Origin: Cystobasidiomycetes sp. EMM_F5
Lineage: Eukaryota
Direction: 5' to 3'
Length of the DNA: 64,000 bases
Assembly: GCA_051047955.1 (NCBI GenBank)
Contig: JBPGPT010000002.1
Span: 992,001-1,056,000, forward strand
Shown: positions 25,709 through 39,652 of the stretch, one piece after another
How the letters are laid out: each line of letters starts with the position of its first letter
How positions within the stretch are numbered: the first letter of the stretch is position 1
Made by a program: the position numbers and the translations under genes
Notes under the pieces: model-generated
The model's input: the letters and a program-made list of their open reading frames with translations, nothing else
Database searches by the model: none
What the model was told of the DNA's origin: nothing

Positions 25709-26162
25709 TGTGCAATCAGAACGCAGCAGCAGGCAGCTTGCAGCTATTGGTGTATACTCAAACAACGCTGCAATTTAATGACAATGTCAAATTCGCTAAT
25801 CGAATTCTGCACGTGCAGGCTGGAAATTCTTGCTGGTCTGGCAAAGCGTGGCAGCGCTGCACTGTCCATTTGCAGCCCATTGCGACCATGTCTTGTTGGT
25901 CGTGTGCGAATGACGCGCGTTTATTGAGGATTCGAACGGCGTCAAGGGCGAAATATCCAGCAGTTGTATTACGTGTTGGAAGGCAGTCTCGCCGGCTTCT
26001 TCAAAGAGACCATTTCTTGCTGGCTTCATGCGCATGACGCAGCCTTGTTGATGTATTGCCGAATTGACTAGCGGTGTTCATGCCCGGCAGGCATGGCGTG
26101 GGCATGTTTCCAATACGTATTTTGCAGCTGGAAGACGGTACGCCAGGCAGAGGGCGTTTATA

Positions 26163-26661
26163 TCATGTGCCCGCTTCCTTTACAGTCTCTATCGACGCCG
26201 TCGACCGTATTGCTCGCACTTGTTGCCTTTCAGCTTCAGTGACGGTCATGAATCTTTGCTTCAAGCGGTCAAATTCTCGACGAATCTGCAGAGTCCGTAT
26301 CAGAACTCTTCACATATGCAGCGAACGAACGCTTGTCGGCTTACAGGCATGAAGCAGTGCTCCTTGGGCCCAAAGTCGTAGAATAGTATTCCACCAATGA
26401 CTGAGGCTGAGAGGGTCAGGATTCCATCAGTCTCTAGCATTTCTCCATCGCCTATTGTCAGAAACTACCTCCGCTGGCTACCGCGCCTATGAACTGCGCT
26501 CCTCGCTGCCAAGCTGCCGGCTCGTCGTCTGCTGTCGACGCCAGGCGATTCCGCTGCCATTCTGCATGGGCAGGCTGCGGTTGTCGAGGCGCGACATACT
26601 GTCTGCAGGCCATACATCGTTGACGCGCAGGCATTCGTGGCCTGGCGCGCAATGAAAACAT
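26163..26661 (-). CDS. Small single-pass membrane protein, probably mitochondrial (3 exons), function unknown
   Basis: Arg-rich presequence-like MFSLRARPRMPARQR. Two GT-AG introns join ...FIGAVASGA/SVIGGILFYDFGPKEHCFMP/IRREFDRLKQRF...EAGT-TGA. Confidence 0.65.
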
Positions 26662-26856
26662 GGGTCCTTATTGCAAATAAGCAGGTCGGTCAAAGTTCAC
26701 GACATCCATCAAGACTATATAACAAGCTGAGCATTTCCTGACGAGAGTCTCCATGTATAAGCTCATCTGGTGTCCTTGTCACAAGCACCTATGTGCATGT
26801 TGGATAGAAGTGACCAGAACCATAACACGCCGTTCATTTCTCCGTGACAATCGATC

Positions 26857-29313
26857 CTACCTATAACTCGAGGACTGCGTTGACAACGGCATACTGACCC
26901 TGCGGTAGTCTCGGCGGTTTGTAGTGCCTGAGGCTGAGGCTATCGCTTGCAGATCAGCCAAAGTTCTCGATCCGCCTCGGCTCCCGTCGTCCGCTGCACG
27001 AAACGAGTCGAAGGCCCCTGCATGCAAACCAGACTGCGCTGAACGAGCACCAGATCGCACATGCTGTCGATCTAAGACATCCTCCATATCCTCGTGCATT
27101 ACGGCTACCGATGTAGTTGGCAATGATTGCCTCGGTCGGTGTGAAGGTCGGATGGTCGAAGTATCCGGCTGACGCGTTGTCTGCTCGTACTGCTGCGCCA
27201 TCTTGGAGACTCGGAAAGTCGTAGAGTCCGCTGTAGCAGTGGTAGACGGAGGCGGTCGTGATCCGCGAGGCGATATCACATCGCGTGGAGGTGTAGATCG
27301 ACCTCCTGCATATTTCGCTCTCATGCGCTGGACAAAGCTGGATTGCGAAGTATCGCTTTCAATCGAAGGCGTTCTTTCCAAAGACACACTCGATGCCTTG
27401 TCGCCAACGCCAGAGGATTCGATAAGACTTTGATCGGTATCTTCGCAGATGAAGCCAGACGGCATTGTAACTACCCTACGCTGCGGCTGTTCTACGGGTC
27501 TACGAGATGGCCTCTTCGTTTCTCGCTCGACATGCGTCTCGAATTTACTGAGATCACCTGTGCTTAGATGGGGCGATGGCAGCGGTGGCGACGTAGAGTG
27601 TTCTTCCCGCGAGTGTGTCGATACGTGAGTGAAGCGTGAATTGTCGTCTTTATCAGTGTCGCTCTGGCTCGAGACTTGCCGCAAAGCAGGCTGCATTTGT
27701 CCCTGCCTCTGCTTAGCATTCTGGCGCGAAGACTGCGGAGACGATGTTTGGGGATCATTTTCCACCTCTGCCTGCGGTAGAATCGGAGATCTGGGGGACA
27801 CGGTATCGTCAGGCAATGGCTGAGAGAAGGATGAGTTGGAAGGAGGTTTCTGAGCAAAAGACCGCGCTCTCACGGTAGCTTCGTTATCATTGATGCTGTT
27901 GGTGCCGACAGGCCAATCTCGCCGTTCGCCCTGAAGTTGTCCGGCTGTACTCCTTATGTCACCGCCCTGATCGTTGCTGGAGGCATGCATCGACATCATC
28001 AAGCTGGGCCGACTGTCGTCAGTTCTGGTGGAGGAGTGGGGAGCAGACGACGAGGCTTGAGTAAGGTCCAGCGCGGTGCTAGCAAAGCTACGTTGCGGCG
28101 GACTAGGCATGTCTTGCGAAACGTTCTGAAGGTATTCCGGCCAGCTGTCCGGCATAGTCTTGTCTGCATCTATGTTGAATGGCCCAAGGAGTGCCTGCAA
28201 AGCCAAAAGACCGCCAATTTCCGATCCTAACTTCCTGACGTTCTCGCACGATCTCCGAAAAGTCACGTCGGAAAGATTGGTCAGGGTCCTTGCAATCTCA
28301 CGAGTAGCAGCATCGCGCTTTGCAGCAACAGCTTGACCGTGTCGGTGTTTGACTGCGGCAATCTCGTCTGTAAGGGCAGCCAAAAGTGGGACATACTGCT
28401 GATGAGCAGCTGCAGCTGCGGACGCCGCTCCTCCCGCTCCTCCACTTCCTATACCATTATGGTATTTCTGATTTTCTGCTCTGACTCGTCTGTCATAGTC
28501 AAAGTTTGCCTTCTTCAATTTTGCATCGAGACTGAACAGTGCTTCATCTATCGCTTTCTCATCCTTTGCGATGCGCTTGAAGATCTTGCCGCACACTTCG
28601 TTGACGTTGTCATATTCTTTCTGAATTAGCTTTGATGACTTTGTAGAAACTTCAGAAAGTATGTCGAAAAAGGATGAACTGGAAATGAGCGCCTGGACTG
28701 CGTTTGCATATGGGACTTCGTCAGTACTTGCAATGGAAACTGTACTTGAGTACATATACTCACCAGTTGAGTTATGGTCGCCGTGAGTAGACGGAACACT
28801 TGGCTTTGTCTGCTTGCGAGTTGCCTTACTATCCCCAATGTCATCCGCAAGATCCCTCGCATTTCTTGCCAAACGCTTCTCTGCCTTGGCTAATCTATTC
28901 TGCAACTCTGTGCACTCGTCTAGGGTAACGAGTAGTGTCTCAATCGCTTTAAGCGACTTGTGCAGGGTCGCAGTATCTATAGCCGCGGTCGTTGCTGACT
29001 GACCGGCTGTAAAGGATCTCCCGCTGCCAACGCTAACGTTACTGACGTTGTTGCTGTTGCTATATAGACGTCCCGGAGATGCTAGTGGTGAAGCAGACGT
29101 GCCAGAAGGAAAGTAGCTGTCGCCGTATCCGCCACCAAGGGATGTGCGCAGCGCTGGCGAAGTCGGCCCACCACCCAGATGCGGCGAGAGGCTACTGTAC
29201 GAGTCGTTGTAGCTGCTGTTGTAGCTGTAGGCATGCGATGGCCCGGCTCTAGCGTCACTGTCATAACTCGAACTGCGATTTGGCTGTAATGACGCGCTTA
29301 GGCGCTTCAACAT
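26857..29313 (-). CDS. Hypothetical protein with N-terminal helical bundle (possibly IMD/I-BAR, Ivy1-like) and disordered Ser/Pro-rich C-terminus
   Basis: 818-aa ORF with heptad-like LHKSLKAIETLLVTLDE...LAKAEKRLA and one probable in-frame GTGAGT intron. The domain assignment is tentative. Confidence 0.6.
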   Translation of the reverse strand: MLKRLSASLQPNRSSSYDSDARAGPSHAYSYNSSYNDSYSSLSPHLGGGPTSPALRTSLGGGYGDSYFPSGTSASPLASPGRLYSNSNNVSNVSVGSGRSFTAGQSATTAAIDTATLHKSLKAIETLLVTLDECTELQNRLAKAEKRLARNARDLADDIGDSKATRKQTKPSVPSTHGDHNSTGEYMYSSTVSIASTDEVPYANAVQALISSSSFFDILSEVSTKSSKLIQKEYDNVNEVCGKIFKRIAKDEKAIDEALFSLDAKLKKANFDYDRRVRAENQKYHNGIGSGGAGGAASAAAAAHQQYVPLLAALTDEIAAVKHRHGQAVAAKRDAATREIARTLTNLSDVTFRRSCENVRKLGSEIGGLLALQALLGPFNIDADKTMPDSWPEYLQNVSQDMPSPPQRSFASTALDLTQASSSAPHSSTRTDDSRPSLMMSMHASSNDQGGDIRSTAGQLQGERRDWPVGTNSINDNEATVRARSFAQKPPSNSSFSQPLPDDTVSPRSPILPQAEVENDPQTSSPQSSRQNAKQRQGQMQPALRQVSSQSDTDKDDNSRFTHVSTHSREEHSTSPPLPSPHLSTGDLSKFETHVERETKRPSRRPVEQPQRRVVTMPSGFICEDTDQSLIESSGVGDKASSVSLERTPSIESDTSQSSFVQRMRAKYAGGRSTPPRDVISPRGSRPPPSTTATADSTTFRVSKMAQQYEQTTRQPDTSTIRPSHRPRQSLPTTSVAVMHEDMEDVLDRQHVRSGARSAQSGLHAGAFDSFRAADDGSRGGSRTLADLQAIASASGTTNRRDYRRVSMPLSTQSSSYR

Positions 29314-29629
29314 TGCGACGAGTTGAGCGGGCTGTGCGGCATGTAAGTGTCAGTATCAGTAGTTAGAGATGGCCCCAATGCGCGGTTATGTTTGCGTTTC
29401 GTGAAGTCTGTCAGAACTCGAACCTGTCCAAATGCAACGGGTAAGGGAGCATTCCGGTTCAAATGGCTTTTCTTTGCATTCTCGGTGGTATGTCTGTGTA
29501 TAGGCGTACATGGAAGAGTTCGAAGAGTTTATATGACTTGCTCGCGCGAAAAGCAGCCTCTTTGACGGATCTTGACGGATCTTTCAAATGCAATCTTGCG
29601 TCCAACGTTGAGTCTTATTCGACCATGAG

Positions 29630-30784
29630 ATGGCTACACCCTGCACCTCGGACTGGGCTGCCATCCGAATTGGGTCTGGCACTTCAATCCAGCGAGCAGT
29701 CTCGACCTCGCTGTCGCACCTCGCCGGTAGCAATGCTCCAGCCAGTCCGCTGATTCTGCACACCCTGCCAAAGCCTGGCTCTTTGGCGGCAGTAAATGGT
29801 GCTGCCAACTCATCATCGTCTGCACCGTCCATCAACGAAAAGGCGAGTGCAGCAGCTCTCGGCAAGCTCGTCAGCGTCGTTGAAATCATCAAGCGAAGTT
29901 TCGAACCCCATCAACGCGCAGCATGGCAAGCGAGCAACGAGTCTGAGCAGCGCAAACTAGACAAACGACGAAGAAAGCAGGGCAGGAAACGGGTGCGGGA
30001 GAGCGATGGTGCAGACTTGCCAGAGTCGGATGGTGCAGCGGGATTGCCAGATGGGTCAATCAACAACGTCCCACAAACATCATCATCGACACTGAAACAT
30101 CAAAACCCGCGAATATTGAGGAGAATCTTCCAGTACAACATACTAGACTGCTACGAACGCATGGATGGCGTAGCGAGTACCTCTACAAATCATGGCGACG
30201 CTAGTTCTGACAGCGACAGTGACAGCGAGTCGGGCGGAGAAGGCGACACTGCTGGCGATGATCTGGTGCACGACCAAGCACCTACGCAGCGTATAGCAGA
30301 CGATCCCGCTCAAGCAGCTCTAAACGATGCCATCATGTCTCGTGTTGTGGACAACCGGAAGAGGTGAGACGGCGTTCTTTCAGGGCAAACGTATGCTGAA
30401 GAGGCCCATCGTGTGTCTAGACCTCGGAGAAAGCACACGCCTAGCCTATTTTGCGTCCTCAGCACGACCAGATTGCCCGAATATGAGCAGGAACTCATCA
30501 AGGCAGGCAAAGAGTTTACCATGCAGCAGCCTCCAAAGACGCGGAGGCCTAGAAAGAGAAGCAAGAAAGTTGTTGCTGGTGCAGGAGAAGTTGAAGCAGA
30601 AGGAGACGCCGAAGATCAAGAGGGAGTGGATGTGGGGACAGATGGGGAGGAAATACACCCGGACAACGGACAAGGGGAAACCGCACCCGGGGGACAGGTA
30701 GAAGTTGCGCAAGCGGTCAGTGTGCCCGGCGAGCCTGAGACCACGGCAGCCGTGCTCCTGCAGACAGACGCGACAGCAGCTTGA
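29630..30784 (+). CDS. Alba-like nucleic-acid-binding protein (Rpp25/Pop6-like) with low-complexity insertions
   Basis: Motifs IRIGSG..I...V, KLVSVVEIIKR, IFQYNIL and P.L..VLST..LPE of fungal Alba-like proteins. One intron near 30363-30420. Confidence 0.6.
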
Positions 30785-30962
30785 CGCGAAGTGTACATAG
30801 GAGATCAGCGCCGCATGCAACGCGTTCCAGAGCAAGCCCTTGCTAGTCAAGCCAGTGACGATGTGCACTCGCAATCAGTGGTTTAGCATAGTCTATGTTC
30901 AGCATCAGTCGGACCTTATAATCAGCTTGCATTAGCTTCAAATTCGACGACGCTACGAATGC

Positions 30963-33900
30963 ATGTCGGGCCCTGATGCTGAGGATGGCGATGCCATACA
31001 GTGGGTCTCTATGGTTTCGCTGAGCTGGCAGGCTGAGGCTGACTGTGTGATTGACGTTTTCGTCAAAAGCTCGTTTGGATCTCTGCATGCTCTGCTCGGG
31101 GCGCGAGCTGGACAGCTGACTCCAGCAGCAGAGCGGTTCCTGCAGCAACAGACGGACGCTCTTGGTCGATGCTACGATGTCTTTGGGCAGGGCAGCGTTG
31201 TTTCGAAAGCCAAGGAGCAGCAGGATGGCAGTAAACAGGAAACAAACGAAAAGGAGCTGGCAAAACAGATAGCGGAACGATTCGGCATCAACCAAGACAG
31301 CGCGAGTGGCCTCCTGCGCTCGTTCCGAAACGAGCGCGGCGATAATGTCGCGACCGACTTGCCGCCAGAATGTCTCAAGGACGAGAGCTTGTGGAGCCAG
31401 ATCAACGGTTTCTTCTTCGACGAGAGGCTCAATGTCATCCTTACCGTGGCTCTCTTGCTGCGCATAGGTAAGTCCGCAATACAATCCCTTACATTGGACA
31501 GCGTTTGAATCAATACCCGATCTTTTGCCAATAGGTGACGGCGAGGATATTGTCTCTCAAGAAACGCTGCAAGCAACCCTGCAACCAATCATTACCGATG
31601 CATTCACAAAAGCCGTTCTCAGCAGGATCACCGCCCTGTCAATCCTCGCCGTGCCAGATACAGCATTCCCAGCAGACTGGGCCAAGCAGTATCTACGCGA
31701 ACAGAAAGCTCTCCTGGAAGTTTATTTCCTACTCTTCTACAACAACATACGTCCAAATGGCAAAACCTTGATAGAAGTGCTCGAAGCCGTCCAGCAGATG
31801 GCTTGGGGGGAGAAGCAGGTCAACGAATCATACTTTGATAGTGAAGCGTATCTCTTGGCCTCGGAAATTTCAACACTGCTCTCGATAATACTGCTCGAGC
31901 ATCTCAACCTCGAATCTGCAATACAACCCAATACGCCAGACTTTGACACACAATCGACTGCAGCAAACGATCCGGCCGAGCTAATTCAGGCTGTAAATCT
32001 GGAAAAGATACATACGCATATCTGTGCTCTGTATGAGGCACACCCCCAGCGTGCTGGTCCGGCTGTGATAGGCTGGGCATTTATTCTGTCCCTGGTTACA
32101 GAAAGCCTGTCTGCGAGGCATACACTAGACGCGTATTCTGCAGTGGCGTGCGATCTTCTTCCGCTGGATCAGCAACCGCACGACGCGCAGGGTCGCTTAT
32201 TCAAAGATGGTAATAGGAATCAGCGACCCTTTTACCAGGCATTAACAGAGACGGCTGTAAACCAGCTTGCTGCTGTTGAGGGTATACGGACAGTCTTGAC
32301 ATCCCCACTCTTTCGACCTAGTGCAGTTGAAGACGGACCGCAGCACGCTAGCATCGACCCAATGATCCCAGGTTATTTATCGATAATGCACTCACTCATT
32401 TCGGCAGTGCCCAAACTTGTTCATCCAGCGTACTTATCGCCCACCGACTTTGATGCGTTAGTAGAGGCATTCGTAGCGCTCTACAGCAATTCCGCTGCTG
32501 GCATGCTTCGCGGACATTTCTGGAACCTGTTTGACACGAACGACGAGGCGGTATTTCAAGGGGAGTGGGACATCCTTGAAGTAGCAAAGAGGCGATTTCC
32601 TCTGGTCCTCACTCCCTTTCTGCGTATGCTCCACGCCGTTTCCGGAGGTCCGACGATGTTCCATTACTCGCCGCGAGCTGATGAACATCGCGATGAGGAG
32701 GAGCTGTCCATGCGATGTTGCCTGAAAGTCCACGACTATCTGGCTTCAGTCTCCTCAATAGCACAGGCAATGCCAGCGTCTTCGCCCCTGGTCCCTCTTC
32801 CGTACGAATCTTCAACCGACTTCGACGCCGGCCCGATGGATGTAACAGCTCTGCGCGAAATCTCCGTGACAGACTCCGTCAGTATCCCCACGGGCACTCC
32901 TGGTCGTATCGTCAGCAACGTCGGAGAAAGGCCCCCCATAATCCTATGGGATCTTGCCTCAACGTACCAAGGCGGATACTCCGTGTGGCAATTGTTTGGG
33001 GATATTCTGGCAGACGTAGTTGACGGCGACGAAAAGGCCAATCCTTCAAGGAAACGCGAAGTCATGTCCTCAAAAGGAACGGATGATGTTTTTTGTGATG
33101 ACAGCAGACAGCTGACGAAACTATCAGGGAAGGTTGTTGGAACCAATGAGGAGGACCAAGCTACCACTTTGGCCACTATATTCAGCATGTATGCAGTCTT
33201 GTCGGAAAGTATAAATGTAGCAAGCTGATGCTTCTCCTCAGTACGCGAGATATACTGTCCCATGATCCAGGCAGGGCCGACAAACTAGTTCAAACGATGT
33301 CAGCCGGCAGCTCTCGCGACTTCGTAGAGCTTCTGTTCCGCGCCAAGGAGAAGTATCTGGCTCAGCAATCTGCCGAGGAAAAAGTCATACTGCCTCTCCT
33401 GAGTCTCCTTGGCTTTTTGCTGCCTATGTATCCTGGACTCATCTGGACGCATTTGAGGGGGACTACCTCGCTTTACCCAGCAGGGACGGATGGAGGACGA
33501 ATGATCGGCTCGGTTGAATATAGTAAAGGCAGATCCATCCTACTTCACGACAAGCTCGCAGGCAAATACTCCATCACTCTGGCTACTGTCGATCTCGCTC
33601 GAAGCTTGTTCTTAGAGGCGCAACGATCTTCGATTGTAGATCCTCCTAGACTGTCAGAGCTCAAGGCACAAGTGTTGAAGCGCGCTATGCGATGGTGTGC
33701 GGACAGCGTGTGGATCAACCTGAACAGCTGGCGCTTTGTCGACATCAAGCAGAAGATGAAGCTACAAGCTAGATTAGCTGCCCTCTTCACTCTAGTGCTA
33801 GAGGAAAGCGACGTTGCCGACAGCGTACGAGGAGAGGCCGTCACATCAGCTCTCGACCTCATCCTCATAGCTTTCATAAAGTCGCCCACTCCCAGCCATC

Positions 33901-36900
33901 TGGCACCATTGACATTCACGATATCGACTTACTATGACACGATCTTTGCCTTTGCCAAATCGGGAAGGACATTGGAAAGACTCGCTGCTGAGCATAGTCT
34001 CGAGGCAATCCTCCAACTAGCCTATCAACTACTATCTATGTCTCGCTCCATCGTGCCGGACCAGCCAACGCTGCTAGAACGACAATCGTTCTCGTTTCAA
34101 CTAGGCAACGGTAGAAACCTGATTGCCAGCTTGCAAGCTCTCATATCTGCCAATTTTCGGCCAGAAATAGCGATGCTTTCGGCTTCCATCCTGACGAGGT
34201 TAGCCTATCTTGCAAAAGACTGGGGTGTCGCTTCCGAGAGGCCCTCATTCCTTGCGCATCTGGCTGGTCCGTCTGAAAGCGAAGCTGTTGTACGCAACCT
34301 CCTCACAATCGCTGTGGACAGATTTATAGACGAAAGGGTGCAGGACGCAGTTTGGGGACTGATGATTGGCATCATTCAGTATCAACCCGGGCTGGGCACC
34401 TTGCTAGTCTGCGGTCCGCAAGCCTACGCTCGATTGCTGTCGGCAGAAGTTTCTGAGCATAGCCAGCCCAATACAGCCCTCGCCTTAGCAGTCGAGGTCG
34501 TACTCGGTTGGCAAAGTGCGTGGCTGGACCAGCCGAGTTTACTTAGTCGAGCATTGGATCTTCTGCTTGCCGTCTGGGATAGCGACAATGATTGGACAGC
34601 GTACATCGACAAGTGCCGAATGCGAACGTCTCTCTGGCAAGCCGTCTGCCAGATCCTCCTGAAGCCTGTCACGCCCGACTCTGGTAGACGTGATCTTATA
34701 CTCAAGTCGCACCCCGCAACCGACTCAAGCTCTGCGACCGTCATAAGCCTTTGTCATCGTCTGACTACTCAGGTAGCCGCAGCCAAACTGCTTGTGCTTG
34801 ATTTAGCACGATCTGAGTTTGCAAATGTGTCGAAAGTGCATGAAAGCACAACTGTCCTGCGAACGCAATTCGGAGTCAACGATTCTATTACGTCAATTTT
34901 GCAAGGTTTATCGACTATACCACTCGATGCTACCGAGTCGATGCATCTTCAGTCCAGACTACAGGACATCTCCCCACGTCTCAACTTCCGTGCCTTCGAA
35001 AAACCTGTTTATCATTTTGACACCAACCGACAATATGGCGAAGATTACCTGATCTCGTTGACCCTTCTACGGCCTCGGCTTGATGGTTGCCACTCGAAAC
35101 AGCATGGTGAAGCTGTAGTCGAGGCCTTTCGGGCTACGATTCGGCTTAACGAATCGTGGTCCATCTACGAGACAACGTCGCAACTGCTCAGCTTGTGGAC
35201 TAGTCTTCTTCAGCACGGGAGATCGGTACTCGCATCGATGACCAACTATCCGCAGGAGCTGTCCAACGCAGCCATAGCTATCAGTGCGTCTGCTGCGACA
35301 TCTGATCTTGGCACAGATATCGCGAAGGAGTATCAGCGCAAGAGGCTGTGCTTGCTGCGTCTAGTAGTCGATCAATTCAGCCGCCTCAACGTCCCTTTCA
35401 ACGATTCTCAATTGGCTGCCTTGCTTGCTCACCTTGCGGCTTTACTCGGAAATATAACAATGAATGACACATTCGAGTCGGAGTCAAAGGGAGGATCTCC
35501 GTTGGCAGTCTTGGCATTCGAGATCGCAGCAATCATTTTACGTTTTCAATGCACACCTCCTCCCGCGACAGAACCTAAAGCATCGCTCCAGTCTAGCATT
35601 GAAACGATTACGTGTCTATCTTTGCATGCGGCACGGACAGCTCTGGCAGCCTGTACTGTCGTTGGTGCAAAAGCAAGTCGCGCATCAACTTTGGACAGTA
35701 TCGTCTCTACGCTCCGTAGCGCATTCGCTGCGGATGTGCCGCCCCGCCCGGCACTCTGGGCCGCGCAATGTCAAGACCTGGACTTGTTCAATGTGCTCTC
35801 TCGTTATCTGGCCGCGTGTCCAGCTGACAAAGCAAGTGCAGAGGCCGGTAGACTGGCTCTGGATCTTGCAGCGTTACTCGCGGCCGATCCTGTTGCGGCA
35901 GAACGGATAGCATTGAGCGGAATCACGTATGCAATCTGTACCAGTCCTCTCAGTGCTGCCGTAATAGATCCGGTCGCTCGAAAAGCGCATGATGCAGGGC
36001 TGCTCTTATCACAGGTATGGTGCTCAACCCTGGCCCTCGAGACTCAGATGATCAGCCACATGAGTCATAGCGTTATTTTCGCTCAGGAGGATACAGCGCC
36101 GTTCATTCTGTACTACCAAGGCCTCCTGAACGACTGTCTGCTCTCCTTGGAAGAGGATGCTCTGTCGCTGTCACAGCTCAATGAACTTCACCTTTGTGCC
36201 ACCTATACGAAAGCTGTCACACCCAGCATCCGATACATCGAAGATGTCGAGCATCTCTTCCTCGCCCTTGTCGACGGCTCACTGCATGTTGTCCAGAAGC
36301 TGCTGCATTTCCTGCATCATCCCAATAGGCTTGTTGATAGCATCACGCCTGCCGACGCTGTCGAGAGGTTATGGCTGCAAACCGACTCATCGGCAAGCGA
36401 TACTGCCCCTCTTTCGAATTTAGCGGAACGTCCCGTGGCGGGCGCCCTCCTACAAAAGATTCTAGGAGTTTCGGAAGTCCTCATCACAATGCTTGTACAC
36501 TACACATCTACATTTTCGATAATTGCACGCGATCCTTTGGACTGGCCAGGCGACAGGCTGCTTTTACAGGCTGTAAGTAGCTGTTTTAAAATTGTGACAC
36601 GGACTTACGCAATGTCACAGGTGGACGACGACGACGAGGGCGGTCCAGCTACTGTCGGAACGTTGCTGAGCCTAGCTGCTTTCTGCACCGAAGTCCTCCG
36701 ACAGAGCGGGTCCAAGAAGACTCACGTAAAATCGAAAGTCGGGACCGCGCCTCTTTCCTTCGACCTCGAGCGCTTTCAGGGTATGGCAACATACCTTCGC
36801 GAGGCCTCCCTTCTTCTCGCTTGCTCGCAGACAGGACTTGCTGTCCATGCTGTGAATAGCTTGGGCATGAGCGACCGGACATCGGAAGACGCCCGGGAGG

Positions 36901-37040
36901 GACTTTACGCTCTGAGCAGACGAATTTTGGATGCATTAAACACGACTGGTGGGGACTCCAAAATGCAGCAGTCCAAAGCATTTTTTAGTACGCTGGCGGC
37001 GTTCATGCAGCGGTCGCAAACTATGTTGCAGAATGCATAG
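30963..37040 (+). CDS. NUP188: Nucleoporin Nup188-like large helical scaffold protein
   Basis: About 1950 aa, Leu-rich, few introns. FFDERL, WAKQYLREQKALLEVYFLLFY and IGWAFIL blocks recall the Nup188 N-terminal region. Confidence 0.75.
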
Positions 37041-37109
37041 CCTTGATGAATTGCCCTCAATGAAACGCAGACAGTAGGAAGACAGTGTGCAGTCTATGTG
37101 TTGTGTAGA

Positions 37110-38784
37110 TTATGGAGTGGTCAAGAAATGCGAAGGTAGCCATGGAATGTCGGGAGCTTGTTTACTCTCGAGCTCGGCTGCCATCATGATTGCAATAGCT
37201 TCAGCACTGAGGAAATGGCTGTCAGTGAGCGATAAGGACATGAAACAATACGACAGACCTTGCCGGTACACGACTCATGCCGTGACCTGACCATCCAGCC
37301 AGGAGGAATTGCCCAACCTGTCGCTTGCCGTCCTGGTACACGGGACCTACATACGGATCTCTCGATGGTGTAAAGCACATGAGACCGGTCCAATGATAGT
37401 CTGCCATTACAGGCTCTTTGGGCGGAAACAGGGATGGAAAATGATGCGGTAAGAAATTCAGCAAGTACGACGAAACCTCTGGGGTTTGCAAAGAGGTATC
37501 ATCGGCAACATCTAGCTCAAACGGCTTGGGCGCAACGCTTCTACCACCTCCAAGTATCACGTATGGAATGATTTGATCCCCAGTCCGCCTTCCTTGTGGT
37601 CTTTGGAAAAAATATTCGAAGCCTTCGTTGTATACTGTGCAAGCAATCAGCATACGTGACGGCTGGTCAACGCACAAGCATGCTCACGCAGTCCCGTAGT
37701 CCAAAAGGCAGATTCCTGCTTGGGCCGAGCAGCAATCACCTGACCGCGACAAGGTACGAGGCGTTGTTTTCCAGTCACGAGTTGCGGTAGCAGATGCGAC
37801 GCCCATGCGTTTGTTGCATGTACAACCTGACGTGTCGAGACACGACCACGCGGCGTGTCGAGATACCAGAGACTTCCTGGCGCCTGGGCTATCGATGTGA
37901 CTGGAGTGTGGGTGTGCAGTGTGACATCGATACCGATAGCCGCGGCCTTTTGTTGAGCGAGTACGAACAGCTTGTCAATGAAGCGCAGAGGATATAGATT
38001 GTTCCCGGGATACTGCAAGGCGGTCAAATGCTCCCTAGTGTGAGTAAGCTAAGATCGTGGGAGGGGGTCAGTGCGGCGCAGGTCATATTTGTTGTAGCCC
38101 GTATGATGTACCTCTGAGCATTGTTTCCGGTCAAGGAAATGATACTTGCTGACGTCTACGTCCGCCTTACGAGCAGCCTCAACTTCACGCAACAGTATAT
38201 CCGACTCTTCTTGTGTGCGAATGAGGTGGACAGCGCCTCCTTCGGCCAAATCGACATCGTCTTCCCAATTATTCTCCTTTATGGTGTTGATGACAAAGTC
38301 TACAGAACGCTGCTCGAGGTCGATGTGCCGAAGTGCATCTTGCAGTCCGTCCCGCTTGGTCATTGTATCGAATGCTGCTGGCAGAAACGCTGTGCAATGA
38401 CCTGGACAGCACGACGTGGTCACGTTATTTCCCTGCATACAAGCACGGAGAAATACACTTGCCGCCATTCCTCCCAGTTGCGCCAGAGCAGAATTGACGA
38501 GCTTCAAAAACAGCTATACGCGTGACGTTTCTGTTTGAAGTACGCAGTTGGGCGACGAGGTGGTACAAAACGCATATACCGCTGTGACCAGATCCAATGA
38601 TTGCAACATCCACCGCGTCCGGTAGCGGCGTTTCTGCGCCTACGTCGGCCAGCGGATTGCAGTCTGGGCTCGAGTGCAGCCAGAATGATTTGGTCGGATC
38701 AGGATAGGGCAAGGGAGCGGGTTTTGGGTTAGCGGGGAAGGAGGCGTCTACGTATTGAATGGAGGGCAGCACAGGATCCGTCAT
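37110..38784 (-). CDS. FAD-dependent oxidoreductase (DAO/PuuB-like family)
   Basis: PTKSFW, DVAIIGSGHSG, FEARQFCSGATGRNGGH, VVHATNAWASHLLP, WTGLMCFT, AGWSGHGM. Last exon ends LPSHFLTTP-TAA. Confidence 0.88.
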
Positions 38785-38902
38785 GGTGGAGTGCGAGTAG
38801 GTGTTACTCAGAGTCATCACATCGATTGACACCAGTCTGGAAATTGGATCATGATGTTCCAAATATTTGTCGACTTTCGACTCGCAATTACCTGAACGCA
38901 CC

Positions 38903-39652
38903 ATGCCGCCGTCAGCTGTGCCATCCGATGAGCTGCTCGAGGATATCGTATTCTCTGCCAGATACGGCGAACTGGAAGAAATACAGGAATTTGTGAAAGC
39001 GTACGGCATACAAGCACTGGTCGACGCAAAGAACGACAGAGGCAACGGGTGCTTGCACATGGCTGCCGCAAATGGTCACAACGGTGGGTGGTGTAGCTTC
39101 CGCGTTGTGGTCTAGCTGTGACTGAGCTTGGGGTCAAAATTGTCCAATGATGCAACAGACGTGTTGCAGTTCCTACTGCCACGCATGCCCCCAGCATCTC
39201 TCACAGCCGTCAATGATTCCGGAAACACCCCATTGCACTGGGCAGCCATGAATGGCCACCTTGAGACCCTTCGTCTCCTCGTCGGATCACTACCCAAATC
39301 TGCTCTCTTCTTGCAAAATCAGTTTGGCAGAACCCCGTTATCAGAAGCCGAAGCAAAGTCACAGACACTTGTTGGAGACTCCAAACATGGTAGTAACTCC
39401 GGCGACCAGACAGAAAATTCACCTACCGTTGACGCCCCTGCTCCCGACAAACACCAAGAATGCGCTGGCTTTCTTTTGGGGCTCATGGATCTAGAAGGCA
39501 TGAAGGAGGATGGGAAAGATGGCGTTACGCAGGACGACGAAACCGATGTTGGCGCAATCGCTCCCCAAAAACCACCGGATCTGGCCATGGATCATTCGGA
39601 GCAGCTTACTAGTAAAGTGTCAAAGCTGAGTGTAAATGGGCATGCGCAATGA
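38903..39652 (+). CDS. YAR1: Ankyrin-repeat protein, Yar1-like
   Basis: DIVFSARYGELEE, GNGCLHMAAANGH, NDSGNTPLHWAAMNGHLE, acidic tail, one intron. Confidence 0.8.
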
